Of a DNA stretch of 64,000 bases, positions 56,913-64,000 are shown piece after piece. Origin of the DNA: an uncultured Spirochaetota bacterium (GTDB lineage Bacteria; Spirochaetota; B62-G9; DRHN01); contig CAYRKG010000001.1 of the NCBI GenBank assembly GCA_964424795.1, forward strand, positions 101,312 through 165,311, given 5' to 3'. Every line of letters begins with the position of its first letter. The stretch's first letter is position 1. A program made the position numbers and the translations under genes. The notes below the pieces were generated by a model, which did no database searches, was not told where the DNA came from, and was given only the letters and a program-made list of their open reading frames with translations.

Positions 56913-57422
56913 TTAATCTTCAGAAGATTTTAATTTTATTGTGAGCTTCTCTGAGCCTTCCCATCTTACCCTTCTAGCTATCTCTGTTATAGCTTTGATA
57001 TCTTTTATCTTTGCGAAAACGTTGACATCCAGCGTTAAATCAACAGATGTTCGTGGTCGTGCTATTCCATAGAATATGCAAAGAGAGGTAACACCCTTAC
57101 CAGCCAAGTGAGGCTCATGACGTATAGAAATTGAAGAACAACAGGCTACATCTCCTGGAACGACAGCATTAGTATCGTTTTCATAGTCTAAAGTTTCAGG
57201 CATGGGAATGCCATCAATAAAAATTTCTTCCCCAGCCCACTTAGCATGAACTACCGGATTTTCGAATGGTAAAGCACTCAAAATTAGCTTGCACGTTTTA
57301 GGAGCCTCTTTCTCCAATAAATCAGCAGCAACTCTGCCCCCGCGCTCAAACTCGAAAATGATTTGTTTTGCCACGATTCCCTCCTCATTGGTTCTAGAAT
57401 TTTTATTTTTACTCAGACTCAT
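56913..57422 (-). CDS. DUF3830 (cyclophilin-like fold) family protein
   Basis: 169 aa. AADLLEKEAPKTCKLILSALPFENPVVHAKWAGEEIF resembles the DUF3830 N-terminal signature as I recall it. Confidence 0.5.
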   Translation of the reverse strand: MSLSKNKNSRTNEEGIVAKQIIFEFERGGRVAADLLEKEAPKTCKLILSALPFENPVVHAKWAGEEIFIDGIPMPETLDYENDTNAVVPGDVACCSSISIRHEPHLAGKGVTSLCIFYGIARPRTSVDLTLDVNVFAKIKDIKAITEIARRVRWEGSEKLTIKLKSSED

Positions 57423-57541
57423 GCAAGGTTATTTAAGTACAAAACATTCTTATCTTTTTCTTTTATTTTGACATCTCTTTTGTAAACTGTCAAGATATTT
57501 TTTCATTTTTCATAAAAAAAAATGTAAAATGAAAAAAAATC

Positions 57542-57569
57542 TTTACAATCTCAATAATATTGTTATAAT
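57542..57569 (+). promoter_or_regulatory. Sigma-70-like promoter upstream of the SIS-domain gene
   Basis: TTTACA-16 nt-TATAAT, ~40 nt upstream of the TTG start at 57609. An A/T-rich imperfect palindrome sits just upstream. Confidence 0.45.
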
Positions 57570-57608
57570 ATGAATTGATTTAATTAATTTCATACTGAAG
57601 GTAAATCC

Positions 57609-58217
57609 TTGGAAGAATACGATAAATTTTGGGAGTATGCAACTGATGTGTTTGAAACAACTTCTAAAGCCATCTCTCAGTTATCAGCAATAATTAATAA
57701 AAAGGCTTTTAAAAACTGTGTGGAAGTTTTTAGCAAATGTAAAGGGAAAATAATTACTTCAGGTGCAGGGACATCAGGTGCTGCTGCAAAAAAAATTGCT
57801 CACTCTCTTTCCTGTATTGATAAAGCTGCTTTCTTCCTATCGCCTTCTGATGCTCTGCATGGAGCATTGGGAAGTGTAGAGAAAAATGATGTTATTATTC
57901 TTATTTCTAAGGGCGGTGAAACACCTGAAATCAATAGCATGCTTCCAAGTTTGAAAGCCAAAGGAGCTTACATAATTGGAGTAACTGAAAATGAGAAATC
58001 AATTCTGGCAAAAGAGAGTAATCTTTTGATGAAAATCAAGGTTGAGAGAGAAGCAGACCCTTTTAATATGCTTGCTACTACAAGTACTGCAGCAGTAATA
58101 ACTGTTTTTGATGCGATCTGCATTGTTCTTATGCATCAAACGAAGTTCACAAAAAGGAACTTTCTGATACTACATCCTGGCGGCGCTGTAGGAAAACGCC
58201 TTTTAAATGAACAATGA
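57609..58217 (+). CDS. SIS-domain sugar isomerase (KpsF/GutQ-like core without CBS domains)
   Basis: 202 aa, TTG start. GKIITSGAGTSGAAAKKIAHSL, ILISKGGET, and it ends at HPGGAVGKRLL, where the CBS pair of KpsF normally begins. Confidence 0.7.
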   Translation: MEEYDKFWEYATDVFETTSKAISQLSAIINKKAFKNCVEVFSKCKGKIITSGAGTSGAAAKKIAHSLSCIDKAAFFLSPSDALHGALGSVEKNDVIILISKGGETPEINSMLPSLKAKGAYIIGVTENEKSILAKESNLLMKIKVEREADPFNMLATTSTAAVITVFDAICIVLMHQTKFTKRNFLILHPGGAVGKRLLNEQ

Positions 58218-58646
58218 GCAGTAGTATATTAAGATTTAAAAGCAGCCTTATTTGAAGACGTTGAGAATATTCAGGTTAGAGAGATTAAAAAGATCAGATT
58301 AGCGTAATATGAGCTCAAAAGAAGTTATTAATAGCTTAGATCTTTCGACAACTCAACAATAGATTGTAAGGCTGATACTTGAATGTTAAACATTAAATTA
58401 AAAACCAGTCTAGAAATGTTAATAAAGCTGGAATCAGTATTAATGCGCTGAATGCCATAAGGGGAGAGGCAAAATCCCCTGCGTGGCTTACAGATTAAGG
58501 CAGATATATTAGGGCTAACTATCAGCACTTTAGAGATAAGGGAGGCGGCCTGTATGTTTTTCATTGCTGAATTCGAAATATAGAAGAACATTTATCTCTC
58601 ATTATCTCCTATCAACAATAATCTTTTAAAAAAGGAGAATTAATCT

Positions 58647-59519
58647 ATGAACGAGAGATTCAATAAGAGGATTCCACACAATTGTATTTTAAAAACGAAA
58701 GGCATATATGACACACTAAAAAAAGCAGAGAAAAAAGGCGTTGATTTCATATTAAAAAATCCAGAAGAAATCACTAGTTCATCTATTGTCGAGGTCGCTA
58801 AAAAAGCAGGATGCAGTGAAGCAACACTGGTACGTATTTCAAAAAAGCTTGGCTATGAAGGATTTGTGGAATTAAAAGCGGATTTTATAAACCATAACAA
58901 AAAAGATGTTTACGAATTCGAATATGAAGGATTCTCAATCAAGGATGATTTCAAAGATATTATAAGGAAAACTTTTGACAACACAATTAATGCATTAAAA
59001 GATACGCTTGAAATTCTCAACATTGAGAATTATGAAAAAGCTCTAAATGCACTTCTCAAAGCGGATAAGATTTTCTTTTGTGGTGTTGGTGATGGAGCAA
59101 TTACAGCTAAGGAAGCTTACAACCGATTTTTACGGATTGGTGAAAGGTCTCTCTTTAGTGAAGATCCGGACATTCAACTTATATTTGCTGCTCATCTAAA
59201 GAAAGGTGATGTATTTTTCGCATTTTCTCATTCAGGTAAAAGCAAAACAGTAATAAATACTGCTAAAATAGCAAAAAAAAGTGGTGCTACCATAATTGCA
59301 GTGACAAATTTCCCTGTTTCTCCTCTCACGAAAAATACAGATATAGTTCTTTTGACCGCTGCGTTTACCAAACATTTTACCGGAGAAGTAATATCAAAGC
59401 GTGTGACAGAACTATGCATATTAGAAAGCCTGTATATCAACTATTTGTTTAAGAAAGGTAAAAACGCAAGGGAAAAATTAAATCTTTCCGAAAGTGTAAT
59501 TGCTTTAACTAAAATTTAG
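58647..59519 (+). CDS. RpiR/MurR-family transcriptional regulator (HTH + SIS)
   Basis: 290 aa. HTH_6-like N-terminal part (SSSIVEVAKKAGCSEATLVRISKKLGYEGF) and a C-terminal SIS domain (FFCGVGDGAITA..., FAFSHSGKSK). Confidence 0.85.
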   Translation: MNERFNKRIPHNCILKTKGIYDTLKKAEKKGVDFILKNPEEITSSSIVEVAKKAGCSEATLVRISKKLGYEGFVELKADFINHNKKDVYEFEYEGFSIKDDFKDIIRKTFDNTINALKDTLEILNIENYEKALNALLKADKIFFCGVGDGAITAKEAYNRFLRIGERSLFSEDPDIQLIFAAHLKKGDVFFAFSHSGKSKTVINTAKIAKKSGATIIAVTNFPVSPLTKNTDIVLLTAAFTKHFTGEVISKRVTELCILESLYINYLFKKGKNAREKLNLSESVIALTKI

Positions 59520-59549
59520 GATAAAACCATATAAAGATGGTTTAATTTT

Positions 59550-61100
59550 ATGGCTTATTTAATGGGGATAGATTATGGCACGGGTGGTGCTAAGGCTTGT
59601 ATTATTAATACCCTTGGTGAAGTACTGGGTTTTTCCTATCAAGAATATCCTATTATACATGAACAACCTGGTTGGTCAGAGCATGACCCTGTTTTATACT
59701 GGAAAATAGCCTGTCAATTAGTTCGGCAAACTCTGGCGCAAAGCAGAATAGATTCCAAGGAAATAGATGGAATCGCAGTATCATCTGCACTACCATCAAT
59801 GGTGATGGTGGATGATAACCATCAGCCTATCGAGCGGGCATATAACCTCATGGATAGGCGTGCTGTAAAAGAAGTAGAATGGTTAAAAGACCACATCGGT
59901 GAGGAAATAATATACAATCTTTCCGGTTACCGTTTGGATGATCACCCAAGCCTAGTGAATATCCTCTGGGAAAAAAATAATCGGCCAAATTCTTTCAAAC
60001 GTATTCATAAAGTACTTACGATTGACGGATATATCACCCTTAAATTGACGGGAAAAGCAGTTCTCAATCATTCAGGCGCAGCCTTTTATGGAGTTGCGTT
60101 CGATTTGAGGAGAGCACAATTCGACTCCTCAATAATGAAAGAACTAGGTCTCCCTCTCGAGATAATCCCTCAATTACATCCCTGCACTGATATAATCGGA
60201 GAAGTTACACCCCGGGCCGCTGGTGATACAGGTCTTGTACCTGGTATACCGGTTGTGGCAGGTCAGGTTGACTGTAACGCAAGCTGGCTCGGTGCCGGTG
60301 CAATTGATATCGGTGATTTCCAAAGCAATTTGGGATCAGTGGGTAATTTCGGGATTATATACAGAGATATTGACTTTATTTTTTCAGAAATTGGCCGGCA
60401 GATGATGAATTTCCCTTACACTATAGACGGAATGTACATCACTGTACCAACAACCATAACCGGAGGACAATCCATCAGATTCATACGCGATACCTTTTCC
60501 CAATTTGAATTGGAAACAGAAAGAGTATTAAAAGTGAGCTCTTATGATCTTTTAAACCTCCAGGCTGAAAAAGTTCCCATTGGTAGTGAAGGACTTATAA
60601 TTTTACCTTTTCTGATGGGAGAACGTACCCCAATATGGGATATATACGCTCGAGGTGTTATTTTCGGTCTTTCCCTCAACCACACGAAAGGTCATATAGT
60701 TCGGGCCATGATGGAAGCCGTGGCCTTTGCCATGTATGATTCATTCCGGCTTATCAAAAAAGCGGGTTTGAAGGTGAATTATCCTATGATCCTCAATGAG
60801 GGTGGAGCGGTGAGCCGTCTTTGGCGAAAAATCATATCAGATGTATTCAATGTCCCCATAATTCTTGTCAAGCGCAGGACTGGAGCTCCCTATGGCGATG
60901 CCATTTTGGCAGGCGTGGGAACAGGTGTTCTTAAAGATTTTTCAGTCGCAAAACAGTGGTTTGAAGGAATTGAACCAACGGAGCCGGATCAGGAAAATCA
61001 TGATAAATATATGGAGTGTTTCTCACTTTATAAAGAGATATACGAACATCTCAAAGGAGATTTCCGCACATTAGCAAAATTACGGAATAAGTTGATTTAA
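59550..61100 (+). CDS. FGGY-family carbohydrate kinase (xylulokinase-like)
   Basis: 516 aa. [21 protein letters not shown] and [16 protein letters not shown]. Confidence 0.85.
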   Translation: MAYLMGIDYGTGGAKACIINTLGEVLGFSYQEYPIIHEQPGWSEHDPVLYWKIACQLVRQTLAQSRIDSKEIDGIAVSSALPSMVMVDDNHQPIERAYNLMDRRAVKEVEWLKDHIGEEIIYNLSGYRLDDHPSLVNILWEKNNRPNSFKRIHKVLTIDGYITLKLTGKAVLNHSGAAFYGVAFDLRRAQFDSSIMKELGLPLEIIPQLHPCTDIIGEVTPRAAGDTGLVPGIPVVAGQVDCNASWLGAGAIDIGDFQSNLGSVGNFGIIYRDIDFIFSEIGRQMMNFPYTIDGMYITVPTTITGGQSIRFIRDTFSQFELETERVLKVSSYDLLNLQAEKVPIGSEGLIILPFLMGERTPIWDIYARGVIFGLSLNHTKGHIVRAMMEAVAFAMYDSFRLIKKAGLKVNYPMILNEGGAVSRLWRKIISDVFNVPIILVKRRTGAPYGDAILAGVGTGVLKDFSVAKQWFEGIEPTEPDQENHDKYMECFSLYKEIYEHLKGDFRTLAKLRNKLI

Positions 61101-61134
61101 AAATTTCCGACTTGTGAAGGGAGCGTAAACTAAC

Positions 61135-62457
61135 ATGGAACTTTTAAAAAAACTGATGAAGCGAGAACAAGAAAACAATCCTATCAAAGTTGGGTTGGTG
61201 GGATGTGGACAGATGGGTTCAGGGATGGTACATATAACCAACACCATGCCAGGTATGAAAATCAAGGTTATAGCAGATATCGATATAAATCGACCTCGAT
61301 CGACACTCAATGCTATAAATGTGCCCCCAACTTCTATATGTATCACAGATAAAGTTAACAAGGCTCAGGATGAATTGAGGAAAGGCAAGTTCGTTATTAC
61401 TCAAGATGCATTACTTCTACCACAATTAGAGGACCTCGATGCAATTGTAGAAGCTACTGGAAATACAGAGACAGGTGCTCAGGTAGCCTGGAACTGTATT
61501 TTGCATTCCAAGCATATAATAATGCTTAATGTAGAGACCGATGTAACTGTCGGGTTCTTTCTTCATCACAAAGCTCAGAAATCGGGCTGTATCTATACGG
61601 TTGCAAGTGGCGATGAACCTGGCGTTTGCAAAAATTTGTACGATTTTGCTAAAAGTCTCGGTTTCGAAGTGGTTTGTGTTGGAAAGGGTAAGAATAATCC
61701 TCTCGATTTCTTTGCTGATCCAGACTCATGTGAGGAGGAAGCGAAAAGGGAAAATATGAACCCGAAGATGCTCGCTGCATTCCAGAATGGTACAAAAACA
61801 ATGGTAGAAATGGCTGCAGTTTCTAATGCTACAGGTTTAATCCCTGACGTTCCGGGAATGCACGGTCAAAAAGTTGACATAGATAAATTAAATAAAGTAT
61901 TAGTACCAAAAAAAGATGGAGGTATACTTGAAAATACTGGTTGCGTTGACTATTCAACGGGTAATGTCGCCCCTGGTGTTTTCCTTATCTGTACCTCATA
62001 TGATGAACGTATACGTAAAGATATGAAATTTCTCAGCATGGGCGACGGTCCATACTACACTTTGTATCGACCCTATCACCTATGCAATATTGAAACACCT
62101 ATTTCTGTAGCAGAAGCTGTGTTATACAAAGAAACAACTCTCGTAACTATAGGCATGTATGCTGAAGTTATCACTGTGGCAAAGAGAGACCTCAAGGTGG
62201 GAGAGATAATTGGAGATATTGGGAGCGCGGATGTTTTCCATAGAATCTATACTTTTAAGGAGGCAAAAGCATTGCAAGGCATTCCAATGGGTTTGGCTAC
62301 AGGAGGGAAGATGGTCAAGAATGTAAGCAAAGGTGAGCTTATAACTTCTGATAGTATTGCTCTTGATACTTCACGACTGGTATATAAACTTCGTCAGATG
62401 CAGGATGCACTGGTTGAGGATTCAACCTTGAAAACAGCGATTAAAAAACAGAATTAG
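61135..62457 (+). CDS. NAD(P)-binding oxidoreductase with a C-terminal SAF domain (homoserine-dehydrogenase-like fold)
   Basis: 440 aa. [14 protein letters not shown] Rossmann motif. The C-terminal beta-clip-like region ([19 protein letters not shown]) is consistent with SAF. Confidence 0.55.
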   Translation: MELLKKLMKREQENNPIKVGLVGCGQMGSGMVHITNTMPGMKIKVIADIDINRPRSTLNAINVPPTSICITDKVNKAQDELRKGKFVITQDALLLPQLEDLDAIVEATGNTETGAQVAWNCILHSKHIIMLNVETDVTVGFFLHHKAQKSGCIYTVASGDEPGVCKNLYDFAKSLGFEVVCVGKGKNNPLDFFADPDSCEEEAKRENMNPKMLAAFQNGTKTMVEMAAVSNATGLIPDVPGMHGQKVDIDKLNKVLVPKKDGGILENTGCVDYSTGNVAPGVFLICTSYDERIRKDMKFLSMGDGPYYTLYRPYHLCNIETPISVAEAVLYKETTLVTIGMYAEVITVAKRDLKVGEIIGDIGSADVFHRIYTFKEAKALQGIPMGLATGGKMVKNVSKGELITSDSIALDTSRLVYKLRQMQDALVEDSTLKTAIKKQN

Positions 62458-62473
62458 TTTTTGGATTACAAAC

Positions 62474-63529
62474 ATGAACGAAAAAATGCGAGCAGTTGTT
62501 GTTCGGGCTCCGATGCAATTCGATCTGGAGGAAGTTTCTATTCCTGCAGTACCTCCTGGCGGAATGCTGGTAAAAGTACAGGCATGTGCTTTATGCGGCT
62601 CAGATTTGCGTACTTTAAGGAGCGGTCACCGTCGGGTAACTTTTCCATGGATCATTGGACATGAACTCTGCGGGACTGTATTTGAAGTCGGTAAAAATTA
62701 TTCCGGCCCCTGGAAAAAAGGGGAGATCATCGCAGTGGGACCGGTGGCCTATTGCGGAAGATGCGACTTTTGTCTTACAGGCAGATATGAGCTTTGCACT
62801 GATTATAGGGAAATCGCACAGGAATGGCCAGGAGGCTTTGCCGATTTCATAGCGATTCCTGAAGAATGTGTTCGCTTGGGAACAATACAGCGTGTACCAA
62901 AAGGACTTGATCCAGCTTTTGCTGCGATAACAGAGCCGATATCCTCATGTATCCACGCTCATGAAAAGTGCAGAATAGATTTGGGAGACACGATAGTAAT
63001 CATCGGAGCAGGACCCGTTGGCTGCATCCACATGATGCTTGCCAGACTCCGTGGTGCCGATAAAATATTTTTGGTGGATACCAATCAAGACAGACTTCAT
63101 CTTTCTGAAGCTTTTGAACCCGATGAACTACTTGATGCAACAAAAATTGACTTGATTGATGAAGTGAAAAAACTCACGAATGGAATGGGTGCCGATGTTG
63201 TTATTACAGCCACACCAGCACCAATTGCGGTTGTCCAGGCTGTTGAAATTGCAAAAAAGGGAGGGCGCATATTAATATTTGGCGGTCTACCAATAAATGA
63301 CAGTAAACCTCCTGTTGACATCAATACCGTACACTATAAAGGACTGTTTCTTATTGGAATTACAACCTTCGCTCCGCGGCATCAGATATTAGCCATTCGG
63401 CTGGTTAACTCCAAACGACTACAAATAGATAAACTCATTACCCATCGCTTTCCACTTTCAGAATTTAAACAAGGAGCGCTTCTGGCTCTCGAAGGAAAAG
63501 TATTAAAAGGAGTATTTTTCCCAAAATAA
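62474..63529 (+). CDS. Zinc-dependent alcohol/polyol dehydrogenase (MDR family)
   Basis: 351 aa. [14 protein letters not shown], the structural zinc site [15 protein letters not shown], and GAGPVG. Confidence 0.85.
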   Translation: MNEKMRAVVVRAPMQFDLEEVSIPAVPPGGMLVKVQACALCGSDLRTLRSGHRRVTFPWIIGHELCGTVFEVGKNYSGPWKKGEIIAVGPVAYCGRCDFCLTGRYELCTDYREIAQEWPGGFADFIAIPEECVRLGTIQRVPKGLDPAFAAITEPISSCIHAHEKCRIDLGDTIVIIGAGPVGCIHMMLARLRGADKIFLVDTNQDRLHLSEAFEPDELLDATKIDLIDEVKKLTNGMGADVVITATPAPIAVVQAVEIAKKGGRILIFGGLPINDSKPPVDINTVHYKGLFLIGITTFAPRHQILAIRLVNSKRLQIDKLITHRFPLSEFKQGALLALEGKVLKGVFFPK

Positions 63530-63699
63530 AGTGTCGTATTCTTATTTTTCCATATTGCAATCGAAAGAGGAAGGAAAATGTTTAAAAATAATAATCAAGA
63601 AAATCTGCCTTTTTTAAAAGAAGGTATAGTGCTGCCTTCAGCTGAATTTGTGGACACCAATTTAAGAATATGCTATAAATTACAGAATATCAGGAGAGA

Positions 63700-63960
63700 A
63701 TAATCAAAGCCTGAAGTATGACAGAGAATTAATGATTGAAGCTGTAAAGCTTTTCAGGAAAAGTGGAAAAAAAATCAAGGAGATGGCGGAAGATCTAGGT
63801 ATTTGCCATGGGAACTTATCCAGGTAAGAGAGGGAGTATCAGAGGAATGCTGAGAATTTGTTTACCGGGCTGGGAAAGTTACAACCAGCTGATGAAGAGC
63901 TGAGGGGAGCAGCGCATGGAGGTTAGACTTGGCCGTAGCTTGGCCTTTTTTCATAAGAAC
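63700..63960 (+). pseudogene. IS3-family transposase orfA relic (stops and frameshifts)
   Basis: KYDRELMIEAVKLFRKSGKKIKEMAEDLGICHGNLSR*, then EREYQRNAENLFTGLGKLQPADEELRG, then RMEVRLGRSLAFFHKN in shifted frames. This matches the IS3 OrfA HTH / leucine-zipper layout. Confidence 0.55.
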
Positions 63961-64000
63961 TAATCCGTTAGCCTCATACTTCTGATGGCAACGATAAGGA

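Noticed and set aside
58218-58646. CBS-domain remnant of a KpsF-type gene, or a real gene for the 87-aa minus-strand ORF 58328-58591
   Set aside because: Translations after the SIS gene stop (..FEDVENIQVREIKKIRLA*) are too short and too weakly similar to CBS domains. The 87-aa ORF is low-complexity with no RBS or motif.
62461-62664. 67-aa ORF overlapping the start of the Zn-dehydrogenase gene
   Set aside because: It is out of frame within a CDS that has clear MDR-family motifs, and it has no independent support.

Overview
The window is a 64-kb bacterial chromosome segment, AT-rich overall and compositionally patchy. I recognised no rRNA, tRNA or CRISPR array. Gene content fits a diderm: Lnt, T2SS-type pseudopilins, and a possible cfpA-like/ppdK neighbourhood that would point to a spirochaete, though that assignment rests on memory only.

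The left half (1-31 kb) looks like core genome. It holds a B12-type radical SAM enzyme, a REP-flanked RAYT transposase, FecR/TPR and transglutaminase/TPR envelope proteins, a C-N hydrolase, a thioesterase, homocysteine methyltransferase, a CheY-type receiver, lnt and cobC/cobU. It also holds a SucD-like protein that lacks the phosphohistidine loop, a partial T2SS module (GspI/J/K/L/M-like only), a nicotinamidase-like hydrolase and a TSUP exporter. A prephenate dehydratase-DAHP synthase fusion follows, then a four-gene block of uncharacterised proteins directly upstream of pyruvate phosphate dikinase (ppdK).

The right half (31-64 kb) is accessory and mosaic.
- The last ~470 bp of ppdK plus its downstream sequence occur twice in direct orientation (30743-31212 and 46973-47425). 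The two copies bracket a ~15.8-kb cargo.
- The cargo encodes xylose-isomerase-like TIM barrels, a FadH/enoate-reductase-like flavoenzyme, EtfB/EtfA with a ferredoxin domain, a URO-D-family protein, a CUT2-type ABC transporter, a DeoR regulator and a class II aldolase. It ends in a truncated Sir2 gene.
- Beyond the second repeat lie SDRs, a Gfo/Idh/MocA oxidoreductase, 2-oxoacid dehydrogenase E1 alpha/beta with only a free lipoyl domain, and an orphan family-5 SBP next to a decayed permease. Further on are an M19-like protein with substituted metal ligands, DUF3830, an RpiR/SIS/FGGY-kinase/dehydrogenase sugar cluster and an IS3 orfA relic.

A family of ~110-nt hairpin repeats sits between genes in two separate blocks. 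A short AAACTCGAAG motif also recurs.

All functional calls come from reading motifs by eye. No database search was possible.
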